Source: a virus (lineage: Duplodnaviria > Caudoviricetes). From it: 64,000 nucleotides of DNA. The notes under the pieces were generated by a model. It was not told where the DNA came from, ran no database searches, and was given only the letters and a program-made list of their open reading frames with translations. The stretch covers positions 1 to 64,000 of the IMG/VR virus record IMGVR_UViG_3300035208_002804; one strand, given 5' to 3'. Shown here piece after piece: positions 1 through 10,723 of the stretch (within the stretch, counting starts at the first letter, position 1; every line of letters begins with the position of its first letter). The position numbers and the translations under genes are program-made.

Positions 1-168
1 ACTAAAGTTATTCAGCGACTAAATGAATTAATTGAATTAGAAGGTGATCAAGAATTATTTGTTGGGTGTCCAGAGGGTTCAGAGTCTATAACTGGTATTA
101 ATCCTGTATACGGTTACGAAGACAGATTTCTGCATTATGTAATTGAATTCGACTATAGGTGTCCATGA

Positions 169-435
169 ATGAGATGTGGTCAGGAATGTCCTTGTTGCAG
201 TGGAAATGAGGCTGGTGAATTTTGTGAATTACAAGCAGGATTTGATGAAGTTACAACTTTTCCAGAACTCATGAATTACTATGTTAGAGGAGGATATTAT
301 ATTGGGTGGGGATATTATTTTGGATACGAAGACTGGTATTATTTAGGACTTTATTACAATCAGTTCGTTGACATTTATTATGGGGATCCTTGTCATCTGA
401 ACATTGTGAAATATCTTCTTTGGTATGGATTATGA
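169..435 (+). CDS. hypothetical protein (Cys/Tyr-rich)
   Basis: ORF track; lies in a run of co-oriented small genes. Confidence 0.5.
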   Translation: MRCGQECPCCSGNEAGEFCELQAGFDEVTTFPELMNYYVRGGYYIGWGYYFGYEDWYYLGLYYNQFVDIYYGDPCHLNIVKYLLWYGL

Positions 436-570
436 AAAACGTCGCTTATATAGATGCAGAATATTTGGATCCTGTATTGAGATCGTCTGGGTATAAATCG
501 GTTGTATCAATAACTCCTGAACAACGAAATAAGATTTTTATGGAAGATTTACATGACTGGTGATTAATTT

Positions 571-816
571 ATGAGTTTTGATTGTTTTGGAGCACCAGTA
601 TCAACTAATTATGAATCGGGTCAAAGTAATGCTACAGTTGGATGGAATTCTGTAAAATTAAAGAGGCAACGAAAAATTACCAAATATTTAATTGAATTGG
701 TGAATGTAGGAAAATCAAATTTTAGTGATAATCCTGAACTAATTAAATTATTGAAGGAGGAAATAAATGATAATAAAATTAAAGGATTTGATGTTAATGG
801 AAATGAGGTAATATAA
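571..816 (+). CDS. hypothetical protein
   Basis: ORF with GGTGA SD-like sequence upstream. Confidence 0.55.
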   Translation: MSFDCFGAPVSTNYESGQSNATVGWNSVKLKRQRKITKYLIELVNVGKSNFSDNPELIKLLKEEINDNKIKGFDVNGNEVI

Positions 817-819
817 CAC

Positions 820-1032
820 ATGAAAATCAACAAAGTAAACAACATCAACATCCTTGAACTAACTGACATAGAACTGCATACCATCTTTGATACAATTGCA
901 CATAATATCGAAGAACGTTGTGACGACTCATTAATCTGTGACAAACGATATCCAAAAGATCGTATTGAAGCAATGAGTTTAATGTATTATAAATTAATAG
1001 AACAAAAAGCCAAGTGGTGGTATAGTGAGTAG
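820..1032 (+). CDS. hypothetical protein
   Basis: ORF with GAGGT SD upstream, tightly packed. Confidence 0.6.
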   Translation: MKINKVNNINILELTDIELHTIFDTIAHNIEERCDDSLICDKRYPKDRIEAMSLMYYKLIEQKAKWWYSE

Positions 1033-1321
1033 ACAAACAACTATTGCGGGTGTCACATATGACAATTCGTTAATTGTAGCGTGTCATGTGTATGATTGTC
1101 AGATGAAAGGTGAGCGAGTGTGGTTTACTAAAATTGTGGAGAATTTTAAGTTATTAGACAAATGGCAAATTTCACATGCGATTGATGAATGTTTTGATTG
1201 GGGCATTTTGTATGGTGAATATGGTGAAACTGTGCCCGGTAGAGGTGGTCGATTATTAATGGTTGATCATGATGCGAAAATGATCATTGACCCAATTTGG
1301 TGTAAATTATATGAAATATAA
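1025..1321 (+). CDS. possible winged-helix DNA-binding protein
   Basis: GTG start overlapping previous stop; WFTKIVE..ISHAIDECFDWGIL..GRGGRLL resembles wHTH helix plus wing. Confidence 0.45.
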   Translation: MSRQTTIAGVTYDNSLIVACHVYDCQMKGERVWFTKIVENFKLLDKWQISHAIDECFDWGILYGEYGETVPGRGGRLLMVDHDAKMIIDPIWCKLYEI

Positions 1322-1532
1322 AGATCGTGTAGATGTTATTGTACATTATTTATGTTGTAGTGATACTGAAATTTTAACAGCAAATAAAATAATTGAAACA
1401 TTAGATGGACTTTCTCTTGAAAATAAGTTATTATGTTTGATTTATGCGTTACAAGATAAATATGTTGATAAATCAAAACGAAGAACGAAAATAATAGATC
1501 TTGTTGTACATTATTTAACTTACGAAGGTTGA
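1311..1532 (+). CDS. hypothetical protein
   Basis: ATG at 1311 overlaps end of previous gene. Confidence 0.5.
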   Translation: MKYKDRVDVIVHYLCCSDTEILTANKIIETLDGLSLENKLLCLIYALQDKYVDKSKRRTKIIDLVVHYLTYEG

Positions 1533-1535
1533 ATT

Positions 1536-1784
1536 ATGAATGATTGTCCGGGAGATACAGTAGATTACACAACTATTAAAATTCCATTAAAACCCTGTGG
1601 TAAGTATGTTAATGGTTATTTTATACCTGAAGGTAGCAATTTAAAAGTTTTTAGATTTGAGTGTAATGAATGCGGGCGCATAAAACCTTGTAGATATAGT
1701 AAAGTTGGCAGTATAGGTGATGAGATTAATACTCCTTCTGATTGTCCTAATCATCATAATATTGCGAACTGGAGTAAAGTATGA
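1536..1784 (+). CDS. Cys-rich hypothetical protein
   Basis: CNECG..PC..CP motif. Confidence 0.55.
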   Translation: MNDCPGDTVDYTTIKIPLKPCGKYVNGYFIPEGSNLKVFRFECNECGRIKPCRYSKVGSIGDEINTPSDCPNHHNIANWSKV

Positions 1785-2437
1785 GAAATTGTAATATTAC
1801 AGAAGTAAAGTATAAAAATTCAATTGTGAAATTTTTAGCAGAATGGGAATCAATGTCAGATGAAGAAAAAACAAAGTTAAAAAATGCTTGGAAACATAAT
1901 CACGAACATGATAATGATTTTCAGTATACTCCTTGCTTTAGTAGTTTGTTTTAGGTAAAATTATGAGAAACCGTGAAATCATAGTGGTGAAGTATGTAAA
2001 GTGTCCTTGTAGACGCGAACTCATGCCATTAGATGAATGCAAGAAATGTGACGTATTTGATAGTATTAATGAAAATTACATTGTGTGTTTGGATGATTGA
2101 AGTTATTGAACCATATGATAGGAATTATCGATGATTGAATTTTCGTGTGATGAATTAGAAATGATTAGTAGTTCACTTAAAGATGCAATTACGGGTATGA
2201 AAGAATGGGGTGAATTACCAGAAGTAATTAGAGCATATACAAACTTAAAATGTAAAGTCGATGAAGAAATTAACAATTTATGGAAGGTTATGGAATAATG
2301 TTAAAAATGAGAAAAGTTAAAATTATTGAAATGATAAATTGTGGATATCATGGTTTAATTACCATCGATGATTGCAAAGCGTGTGAAGTTTATGATGGAA
2401 GAGATAATGATCATATTAAATGTATTACAGATGAAAC

Positions 2438-2611
2438 ATGAAAACAGTTAAAGAGTTAATTTCAAAATTACAGCAATATGATCCAGAGGATGGAATTCTT
2501 TTGTTTGCTGATATTAAAATTTATAAAAATCCAGTGATTGATTCGATTGAATACATTGATACGATCCCATGTAATATTGGATGGTCTGATATAGATGAAT
2601 TTTATGAATGA
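2438..2611 (+). CDS. small protein of the MKxxELIxxLQ viral family
   Basis: Hand translation MKTVKELISKLQQYDPED; below ORF-track cutoff. Confidence 0.5.
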   Translation: MKTVKELISKLQQYDPEDGILLFADIKIYKNPVIDSIEYIDTIPCNIGWSDIDEFYE

Positions 2612-2623
2612 GGAAAACGAGTT

Positions 2624-2857
2624 ATGACACTTTCAATTTATTCGATGGAATTTTTCGTGCCGTGGATGATATTTTTAGTTATCCCAGCAGTTGTGATTGG
2701 TTGTATATCTACTAATAGGTGGAATGATTTTAATCTTTGGTTTGAGGAGGTGATTGTTGGGGCAATACTATGTTGGATATTGTTGTTTATATTAAGTATT
2801 GTTGTGTTATATGTGCATTGGTTTGTATTTAACGTGGTAATGTTGGTGCTTACATGA
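2624..2857 (+). CDS. small membrane protein
   Basis: Two hydrophobic segments; GAGG SD. Confidence 0.55.
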   Translation: MTLSIYSMEFFVPWMIFLVIPAVVIGCISTNRWNDFNLWFEEVIVGAILCWILLFILSIVVLYVHWFVFNVVMLVLT

Positions 2858-2900
2858 GTAATGGTTGGAATCGTAAATCAATGAATCATGAGATGAGTAT

Positions 2901-3275
2901 ATGAACAATAGAAATTCTGGTGGAGTAAGAACATCAACTATGACTTATGAAGAATGGGATAAACTGCTTGACAAGGCATCACAGATTCCACAACCGGATG
3001 ATGATAATATGAGCGATACAGAATCTTACATGATGAATGCATATAACAAATCGCAGTATGAGTATATAACTAACTGTAATACAACTAATAAAAATTCAGA
3101 ACGAGAACACGTTATAATAGGTCCAAATCCGTATATTTCTATGGGAGAAGATGTTATTTACACTTTAGTGTTGGTTATGTGTGGATGTATGTCGTGGTAT
3201 TTGATTATGCAAAACCACTCGATACTGGCAATAATGCAGTTTTTTATTTTTATAATGATGGTGAGCAGAAAATGA
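2901..3275 (+). CDS. hypothetical protein with C-terminal TM segments
   Basis: ORF with hydrophobic C-terminus. Confidence 0.55.
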   Translation: MNNRNSGGVRTSTMTYEEWDKLLDKASQIPQPDDDNMSDTESYMMNAYNKSQYEYITNCNTTNKNSEREHVIIGPNPYISMGEDVIYTLVLVMCGCMSWYLIMQNHSILAIMQFFIFIMMVSRK

Positions 3276-3487
3276 ACATTGTTGAATCTCTAATCAAAAT
3301 TTACCTTAAAACATTCCAAGATTATCATTACAATGGAATGGGATTGTCATTTTGTTGTCATTATTGTGAAAACTATACCCTTCGTATTGGTGGTTATTGC
3401 ATAAAATATCATTTCTATACCCAGCCACGAATGAAATGTAACAAATTTGTAATGTGCGAAAAGATAGGAAAATGCGAATTATTATGA
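3272..3487 (+). CDS. Cys-rich hypothetical protein
   Basis: ATGA overlap; CCHYC..YC..C motif. Confidence 0.5.
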   Translation: MNIVESLIKIYLKTFQDYHYNGMGLSFCCHYCENYTLRIGGYCIKYHFYTQPRMKCNKFVMCEKIGKCELL

Positions 3488-3860
3488 CATCTACTTACGA
3501 TATCCTCATCAAACTCTATATACCGAAGAATATACAGAGTTATTTAGGAAAATTGGACCGATACAATGAATAAGATTTTTGAACATTGTATGGGGAGAAG
3601 GTATCATCGGAGGTTTAAGCGATACAACCGCCATTACATACTTGAAATGTTGAAAAGTTTGAGAAATGAAGGATTCAAAGGACGGTCCCTATGAAGTTTT
3701 ATAGAGGTCGAAAAGCATATTTATATAGGACATTTAAATTTTATCAACTAAAGCATGATAGATGGAATAGATTGTTTGGTTATGGTAAAAGTAGATCTGA
3801 TATGAAGAAAAATAAAATTATAAACCAGTGGTTTATTAATAAAATAAGGAGTTATTGTGT

Positions 3861-4133
3861 ATGAGTGAGGTTGCTGATATTATACAGAAGTGTGCTGAAT
3901 TACGAGGTGTTCCAAATTTAATGAATCGAATCATATCTGAATTTGAATATTTCGTTATGTCAGTATTATATGGTAAAGAATTAAAATTTAACGAAGACAT
4001 TCAGGCAACATATTACCAATTCGTAACGAAATATGATGGTGATGGGATTGAAGAAGGTCTTGTACAAGCATTTCTCTTCTATTGCGAAGCCAAATATGGA
4101 AAAGAAGAGTACGAGTTGAATGATAAAAAGTGA
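3861..4133 (+). CDS. hypothetical protein
   Basis: AGGAG SD upstream. Confidence 0.6.
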   Translation: MSEVADIIQKCAELRGVPNLMNRIISEFEYFVMSVLYGKELKFNEDIQATYYQFVTKYDGDGIEEGLVQAFLFYCEAKYGKEEYELNDKK

Positions 4134-4144
4134 ATTAAAATGGA

Positions 4145-4669
4145 ATGATAATAATGAATAATTTATCAAGTGATGATGTATATCATATGTTTAACTATGA
4201 TACATTATATAAATCTGAAAGTCCGCGCAGAATGAAAGAAATATGGAATAAAAGCGTTCCTTCTGGTAATCAATATGATGTAGATACTCATGTTCGAAAT
4301 GTAACATATGCACATGAACGAATAAATTCAGGGAAGCCATTTCGATGCGATTTTCACACCAGTGAAACTGTTGATTTTATGGCATTTTGTAATGAAATGC
4401 ATATTAATTGTGATAATGGTTGTTCCGGAAATGAGTTCCATAATAAGACGTATTATAAAAAATTTGAATTAGTATCTAATTTAAGACCCGGTATTATTGA
4501 TAAGTTATTTGGATATAATTTACCCATTTCGCAATCTTACCTTCCACGTAAAATTAAATATTTCATAATACAGGGAGACAATAAAGAAGAACATTATGAA
4601 TATCTTGGATTAACACCAGCGCAAATTAAAAAAGTAGAACAATTCAAAAGAGCATGGAATATAAAATAA
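4145..4669 (+). CDS. hypothetical protein
   Basis: 174-aa ORF. Confidence 0.6.
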   Translation: MIIMNNLSSDDVYHMFNYDTLYKSESPRRMKEIWNKSVPSGNQYDVDTHVRNVTYAHERINSGKPFRCDFHTSETVDFMAFCNEMHINCDNGCSGNEFHNKTYYKKFELVSNLRPGIIDKLFGYNLPISQSYLPRKIKYFIIQGDNKEEHYEYLGLTPAQIKKVEQFKRAWNIK

Positions 4670-4918
4670 AGAAAAGAATTAAAGAATAGAATTGATAATA
4701 AATAAAATTAAGTAGCGTATGAATGGAGTTGAATTTAACAATGTCTTCAATTTTTGAATGTTGTCAATGTAAGCAATATTGCATATTAGTAATGAATGAA
4801 AATCATGCGCCATATCCAGGAAATTTATGCGAAAACTGCTTATGGCAGAGACGACTGTCTACATCATATCGTGTAAGAGTAGATCAATTTTATAATTAAT
4901 AATAATGAGTGATCAAAA

Positions 4919-5120
4919 ATGAGAAAACACATACCACATATTATCAGTGATTGTAATGCATGTCCATATGTCCAGTCAATCGATTGACACTTACAATTTT
5001 ACTAAATACTACTGTAATTACAGTAAAATTGATGTAACCGGTTTTTATAAGACAACTGGGATCCATCCAGATTGTAAATTAATTGACTGTATGTATGTCG
5101 ATTTAGATAGGGGAGAATAA
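4919..5120 (+). pseudogene. frameshifted member of the CxxCP(Y/F)..C..PxxC family
   Basis: MRKHIPHIISDCNACPYVQSID* continues in another frame as IDTYNFTKYYCNYS..IHPDCKL; break lies in palindrome GTCAATCGATTGAC. Confidence 0.6.
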
Positions 5121-5135
5121 CAGGTGTAATTTAAA

Positions 5136-5318
5136 ATGTTTGGAAATGATGAATTTATTTTAATCAAATACAAAAATGGGCGTGATTTGGATCTTGAAGA
5201 TACCAGACTCGTTGATGAATTGTGTTTGGTCGGAATGATGAAAAAAGGTATACGTTTGCAACGTAATGTAGTTACTGCTAAAACATTACCTCTGGGATTG
5301 AAATTGTTAAACGAATAA
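5136..5318 (+). CDS. hypothetical protein
   Basis: AGGTG SD upstream. Confidence 0.55.
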   Translation: MFGNDEFILIKYKNGRDLDLEDTRLVDELCLVGMMKKGIRLQRNVVTAKTLPLGLKLLNE

Positions 5319-5341
5319 AAATGGATAACCGGTAATTAAAA

Positions 5342-5560
5342 ATGTCTTTATTAAATTGGATAATGGGAATTTTCATCATAGTATGGACTCCATTTGGATT
5401 GATATATAACATTAATCCTTATCTGTGGTATGCTATTACATTCATAGCAATTGCAATATGGCTAATTCTAACAATACTTGGATGGAAAAAAGCATCAGAC
5501 AATCGTGGTGATTCCTGGGATGGAATAACTACTTGGATCAAAGGATTGATAAAAATATGA
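5342..5560 (+). CDS. small membrane protein
   Basis: Two TM-like segments. Confidence 0.55.
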   Translation: MSLLNWIMGIFIIVWTPFGLIYNINPYLWYAITFIAIAIWLILTILGWKKASDNRGDSWDGITTWIKGLIKI

Positions 5561-5781
5561 AACGAAATCTAATTAACAAAGGTGAAGGTGGAAAGTTACT
5601 TTACATCATCATCATTTTTTCTCTTATCATTCTAACACTTTATGCAACTTTTTTGAACATTCTTTATGGTATTGTCATGTTCATTGTTATGATGGCAATA
5701 GAAACTGAAATTAGATTCTTAACTGTAGATAAACCAGACGATGAAATAAAAAGTGACTGGAACGAATTCAAAGTTAAATAA
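5557..5781 (+). CDS. small membrane protein
   Basis: ATGA overlap; TM-like segments. Confidence 0.5.
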   Translation: MKRNLINKGEGGKLLYIIIIFSLIILTLYATFLNILYGIVMFIVMMAIETEIRFLTVDKPDDEIKSDWNEFKVK

Positions 5782-5815
5782 GAATAAAAAAGAAGAATAA
5801 ACGGGAGTAATTAAA

Positions 5816-6046
5816 ATGGATAAAATTTCTAAAGCAGAACATGAGAAAAGAATTAGAATTCATGCTGATAAATTAAACAAAGCAATTGGAATGAAACCCG
5901 GTGAACATATCAGCAAAATTGACATAGAACGTCTTTCTAATGGTATAATAAACGAAATAATCAAAATTAATAACACCGAAGTATTAATTAGCATGTCTAT
6001 TAAAGGTCTTGCAAAAATATTACTCGACAGCGGCAAAATAAAGTAG
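5816..6046 (+). CDS. hypothetical protein
   Basis: GGGAG SD upstream. Confidence 0.55.
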   Translation: MDKISKAEHEKRIRIHADKLNKAIGMKPGEHISKIDIERLSNGIINEIIKINNTEVLISMSIKGLAKILLDSGKIK

Positions 6047-6190
6047 AGAAAGGGGAATAATAAAAAGATAAATAATCATCAACTTCTATCCTTCACCACC
6101 TTTAAATATAATATCTCACCTCTTTTCAATACATTTATCTTCTTTTAGAACGTATATTAATATAGTTACTATACTTACTTTTGAATCATC

Positions 6191-6655
6191 ATGACGAAAA
6201 AGAAATTATCTACAATTACCGATCAACTAAACACCGATAAACTTATTCTTGAATTGACTGATTCACAGGCATATGTTGTTCGGGATGCCCTTGAACTTTA
6301 CAGCAGAATTAGAACTGGTCATTTTGAACACATTTGGTCTGAACTTGCGTGGGACAGTGAGAAAAACGGCGGCACAAATGGTGTCCCCGACTCTCAAATG
6401 TGGCACCATATCTGCAACCTACTTACACGCTTCTGGTTTCCAAACCTTTCACCAATGGCGTCAAATTGGGGTGTTGGTCATGACACTAAATCAGATCGTT
6501 CCTGGGTAATAATGGAAGTGGTTCGCCATTACCTTGTCTGGAAATACTATCCCGTTGACAAAGATCACCCCGAAAACCACGAAATCGTAGATCACGGCAC
6601 ACCTATGAACTGGCTATCCAACGAACCGATGCCCCTGATAAAGAAGAAAGAGTAA
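6191..6655 (+). CDS. hypothetical protein
   Basis: 154-aa ORF downstream of a TATA-like promoter. Confidence 0.7.
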   Translation: MTKKKLSTITDQLNTDKLILELTDSQAYVVRDALELYSRIRTGHFEHIWSELAWDSEKNGGTNGVPDSQMWHHICNLLTRFWFPNLSPMASNWGVGHDTKSDRSWVIMEVVRHYLVWKYYPVDKDHPENHEIVDHGTPMNWLSNEPMPLIKKKE

Positions 6656-6976
6656 GAAAGAAAGGAGTAAAAAGATGAATAAAGACGAAAAAATAGAGTT
6701 GTGGTGTCCATATGGAGAATATCGATGCAGTTCTACAGAATGTATGGCTTGGAGAGAAGTTGAAATCAACAAATGGGACTGTATCTTACTATTCAATAAA
6801 AGAGAGTAAAAATTTTACTATCTGATTATTGATTATATAAGAAATGGTGAAAATATGAAATGTAAATTTTGTAATGGAAATGTAATTACATATGGGATTG
6901 ATGAAGACGGGCCTCGTGATAATGGACATTGTGAAACTTGCAGAGCATTGTATTGGGTTGAAAAAGGAGAATGGAA

Positions 6977-7135
6977 ATGCAAACCACTGAACTAATTAAA
7001 AAATTACAAGGATTTGTAGAAACATATGGAGATCACGAAATTAGAGTTAATGGAGATGTGAATGAGGAATCCATTAAAATTCATGTATTTCCGAATGAGT
7101 TTTTTGTATTATCAAATACCGAAGAGCCATTATAA
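6977..7135 (+). CDS. small protein of the MKxxELIxxLQ..GD viral family
   Basis: Hand translation MQTTELIKKLQGFVETYGDHEIRV; AGGAG upstream. Confidence 0.55.
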   Translation: MQTTELIKKLQGFVETYGDHEIRVNGDVNEESIKIHVFPNEFFVLSNTEEPL

Positions 7136-7288
7136 TGAAAGGAATGGTGAATAAAAAATGGAAGAACCAAAACAGCAAAAATGCATTGATTGTGTAGCAG
7201 AAGATGATTTAGAGTTTAAACCTATTTGTTGCCCATTTCCAAAACATTGCCCATATTCTATAGAATTCGAAGAAGGGGACTGATCTAC

Positions 7289-7603
7289 ATGTCAATTAAT
7301 TACAAAGTAGAAATAACAAATCCATTGTTAAAAGAAAATATTGAGTTGTTTGTTGAAGAAGTTAGAAAATTATATCCCAATTCTGAAATAACTTATAAAG
7401 AAGAAAAAGATTTTTATTGTTCAGATATAACAATTCAATATTTAATTATCAACAATTATGTATACCCAGAAAATTTTATAGATTCAATTGATAAAATTAT
7501 AGAACACACCGATAGTGGTAGAATTCTTGAATCTTATTTTGACATAATAATAACATCAGAATTTAAAGTAATCGAGAATAAGAATAGGAATGAATTTCAA
7601 TAA
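7289..7603 (+). CDS. hypothetical protein
   Basis: ATG 7289 preferred over the TTG start (SD-like AGGGG upstream). Confidence 0.55.
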   Translation: MSINYKVEITNPLLKENIELFVEEVRKLYPNSEITYKEEKDFYCSDITIQYLIINNYVYPENFIDSIDKIIEHTDSGRILESYFDIIITSEFKVIENKNRNEFQ

Positions 7604-7756
7604 TAGGATGGACAACATGACAGAACAAATAATTGCTGAACTTTCTGGAATAAATTACACCCTTCAACTAATTCTAAATGAATTACAAGTGCAAACATAC
7701 AACCTACAAGAGATGAATGAAATGATGGTAGAAAAACGAGATAAAGGTGAATTATA

Positions 7757-8026
7757 ATGCCAGATTATAACGATTGTGAAATTCCAATTGAAGTTTGTAT
7801 AAAAGAATCAATTAAAAAACACAACCAACAACCAGAAATGCATGAATGCCGTCTTATCGAAATTGAAATAACCAATTGTTATTCATGCCCATATCACAAA
7901 CCAGAAGGAGAAGAAACCTTTTATTGCGCTGACTTACAAAAAGACATTCTTCACACATCGATAGATCCAATCAAACTATTTCCCCGTGAATGTAGATTTC
8001 CCATTGGTTCTTGGTGGAAAGAATGA
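7757..8026 (+). CDS. Cys4 small protein (CxxCPY..C..PxxC family)
   Basis: CYSCPY..YCADL..FPRECRF. Confidence 0.6.
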   Translation: MPDYNDCEIPIEVCIKESIKKHNQQPEMHECRLIEIEITNCYSCPYHKPEGEETFYCADLQKDILHTSIDPIKLFPRECRFPIGSWWKE

Positions 8027-8265
8027 GGAATAAAAAATGAATGAAGAAATAGATGTTAGAAAAATTGTTCCGCAATATGCTAAAGACATATTAGACATAG
8101 AGTTATTCATAGAAAATAATTGTGAAACAGAAAAAAGTAACGAACTTTGGAATCATATACTATCAAAATCCAAATTGAATAAGAGTAATAAACAATAACT
8201 TTTTTTACCCATCTTCTTAACATCTTTATCTTTTTATATAGTTCTCATGTTATAGATCAAATTAC

Positions 8266-8625
8266 ATGAGTATAGAATATTTACGTCAGGTAACAGATCA
8301 ATATTTCAACAATTTAGAAAGAACATCAAATGGAATAGATAGATTAGAAAGTTTAGATATTCCTGAAACCTGTTCTTTGTGGAAGTCTGTTGTTGACACA
8401 TTTGAAGATCTTATTGTTATATTTGATCAGCATGGAAACATTATTGAATCGAATGAAGCAGGAAAATCTCTTATTAATCACATTCCACCTGAAATTTGTA
8501 AATCACCGCAAAAATTAACATCTCATCAATTAAAAATCAACAACCGTTCTTATCGTTTATCATCAATAAATATCACCCCTGATAAAATAGCGTGTATTGC
8601 GCGGGCGGTAGGTAATGCCCAATGA
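8266..8625 (+). CDS. PAS-like domain protein
   Basis: SVVDTFEDLIVIFDQHGNIIESNEAG..IACIAR matches the PAS pattern; TATA box upstream. Confidence 0.6.
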   Translation: MSIEYLRQVTDQYFNNLERTSNGIDRLESLDIPETCSLWKSVVDTFEDLIVIFDQHGNIIESNEAGKSLINHIPPEICKSPQKLTSHQLKINNRSYRLSSINITPDKIACIARAVGNAQ

Positions 8626-9115
8626 ATCGCAAAACAATGATCGTGGAAAAAAAAGTGTAAACGATGATAATGAAAACAAACCACATGATATCCCTTCTCT
8701 AAACACAAACAACATTACCACGAAAGATCTCATTTACCTATACCTACGCGAAATTGATATTCTTCAAAAGCACCTCGATCTATTAGAAACAAGATTATCT
8801 GGAGATATAGCCCGTATAGAAACTGATTACCGCGATCATAACATTTCAAATGAAAAAAACTTTCGTGAATTACGTGAAAACTGTAAAAACATCATTGACG
8901 AAATTAACCTTGTCCACATCTGTATTAACAAAATAAAAGACAACATTCATAATTTAGAACTCCAGAGAACAACCTGTGATCTAACCCAAAACAACCGATT
9001 AGAAAATCTTGAACTAAAAGTAGCAATCTACAGCATAATAGTCACTATCTTAAGTTTCATCGGTCTTGACTCTCTCCCTGGCATAATTTCCTTTGTAGAA
9101 AAACTATTTAGTTAA
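8615..9115 (+). CDS. coiled-coil protein with C-terminal membrane anchor
   Basis: Heptad-rich region, then RLENLE and a hydrophobic tail. Confidence 0.6.
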   Translation: MPNESQNNDRGKKSVNDDNENKPHDIPSLNTNNITTKDLIYLYLREIDILQKHLDLLETRLSGDIARIETDYRDHNISNEKNFRELRENCKNIIDEINLVHICINKIKDNIHNLELQRTTCDLTQNNRLENLELKVAIYSIIVTILSFIGLDSLPGIISFVEKLFS

Positions 9116-9206
9116 GAAAAGAGAAATACAAGAAGAAAGGTTAAAGTTATCCCCCTCCATTCTCTTTTTCGATAACTCTATATAGTTTAATATCATAATA
9201 TAACAT

Positions 9207-9425
9207 ATGAATACTGTTATGAAAGAAACTATTAAAGTGTTCGCTATCATTTGTATAGCATTTATTTGTTTTATGGTATTTACGTGCTTAATTCTCATGG
9301 TAATGGAGTATAATATATTTCTTGGGATTTCATTGTTTATAATAATTATGGGAGGTTTCATATTTTATAACTTATATGGTATGATGGACTCAATTGATAA
9401 AATTAATAAATTTAATAAATTATAA
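9207..9425 (+). CDS. small membrane protein
   Basis: Two TM segments; leaderless promoter. Confidence 0.55.
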   Translation: MNTVMKETIKVFAIICIAFICFMVFTCLILMVMEYNIFLGISLFIIIMGGFIFYNLYGMMDSIDKINKFNKL

Positions 9426-9451
9426 TTTAAGCCAAAAATAAGTTGATAAAT

Positions 9452-10060
9452 ATGCCTCAAAAAACAACCAATATCCCAACCAAATTTTGTTATAATTGCA
9501 AGCAATATAAACCTATTAATGAATTTGGAAAAAATGTAACAAAAAGCGATGGTCTTCAATCCTATTGCAAAACATGTTCTTCTATTCGTGCAAAACAAAG
9601 CAGAAAGAATATCACAGTAGTAAATAAATCAAATAAACCATCTCAACAAACCAAACTATGTCCAAAATGTCAACAAATTAAACCAACCACAGAATTTAGT
9701 ATTGATAATGCGAAAGGAGATGGTTTACAAACTTACTGTAAAAGTTGCCAATCAATCCGCTTAAAACAAAGCAGAAGCAACAAAACCAAAACAGTATCAT
9801 CAACAATTACAACTCCTTCCCCATCTATATCAGAATTCAAAGGTAGTTCTATTACCAAGCAAAATTTCAACGACATCTCTCAAGTTTACATCGACAAATA
9901 TGTAAAAGAGATAAAAGGAATAAAGGAAGTAAAAGGAGTAGAAAAAGTAGAAAATGAAAAACAACTAACTACAACAAACATATCTTTAGACGATCTCATT
10001 CTCGAAGCAAAAGTAAAACTAACAATCTTAAACCACTTAAAAGAAGTAAAAGAGGATTAA
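9452..10060 (+). CDS. protein with two tandem CxxC..DGLQxYCKxC zinc-finger repeats
   Basis: CYNC..EF..DGLQSYCKTC and CPKC..EF..DGLQTYCKSC. Confidence 0.7.
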   Translation: MPQKTTNIPTKFCYNCKQYKPINEFGKNVTKSDGLQSYCKTCSSIRAKQSRKNITVVNKSNKPSQQTKLCPKCQQIKPTTEFSIDNAKGDGLQTYCKSCQSIRLKQSRSNKTKTVSSTITTPSPSISEFKGSSITKQNFNDISQVYIDKYVKEIKGIKEVKGVEKVENEKQLTTTNISLDDLILEAKVKLTILNHLKEVKED

Positions 10061-10061
10061 A

Positions 10062-10430
10062 ATGAAAACAAATGTGTGTCAAACCAAACCTTGTAAAAAT
10101 TACAGAATTAAATATGATGATTGTAATTGCCTGTCGATAACATTCATACACGGACAAACTGTTTGTCCTTTCAGTCGTTGGAATTTAGCGAGTAGTATGT
10201 GCAAACACTATGAACCGCTCCCAGTAGAAAAATTCAAAATAGTAATCTCAATAGAAAACGAACAATGGTATAAAGCACGGTATACAATGGGTGTAACAGC
10301 AGATCCTGTTTACATAAAAGAAAATCCAACATTTATAATACCAAAGGAGTTTGATAGTGCAATTGATGCAAAGGACTTCGCAGATTTACTTGCTATCACA
10401 ACATATAAAATCATCAAAATCTGTGAATAA
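10062..10430 (+). CDS. Cys-rich hypothetical protein
   Basis: GAGG SD; ORF. Confidence 0.6.
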   Translation: MKTNVCQTKPCKNYRIKYDDCNCLSITFIHGQTVCPFSRWNLASSMCKHYEPLPVEKFKIVISIENEQWYKARYTMGVTADPVYIKENPTFIIPKEFDSAIDAKDFADLLAITTYKIIKICE

Positions 10431-10445
10431 AGAGGACTGATAATC

Positions 10446-10694
10446 ATGAAAATAACAGATTTAATTGAAGAACTTCAATATTTTGAATTCGAATTAGGTG
10501 ATGTTGAAGTAGAAATAATGTTTACCAACGAATTCAACAGACCACTTGAGTATAAAGATTGCGATGGAACCGAAGTAATCGAATCCATTTGTGAAGTAAA
10601 AGAAGCAATTGGATCAGATCATAACCCAATCTTGATTATATCAACAAATCACGAAGATGGTTATATTGAAGGAAAGCAATACAACGATCATTAA
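10446..10694 (+). CDS. small protein of the MKxxELIxxLQ..GD viral family
   Basis: MKITDLIEELQYFEFELGDVEV. Confidence 0.6.
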   Translation: MKITDLIEELQYFEFELGDVEVEIMFTNEFNRPLEYKDCDGTEVIESICEVKEAIGSDHNPILIISTNHEDGYIEGKQYNDH

Positions 10695-10723
10695 AACACA
10701 AATAATAATTAGGAGATATTAAA

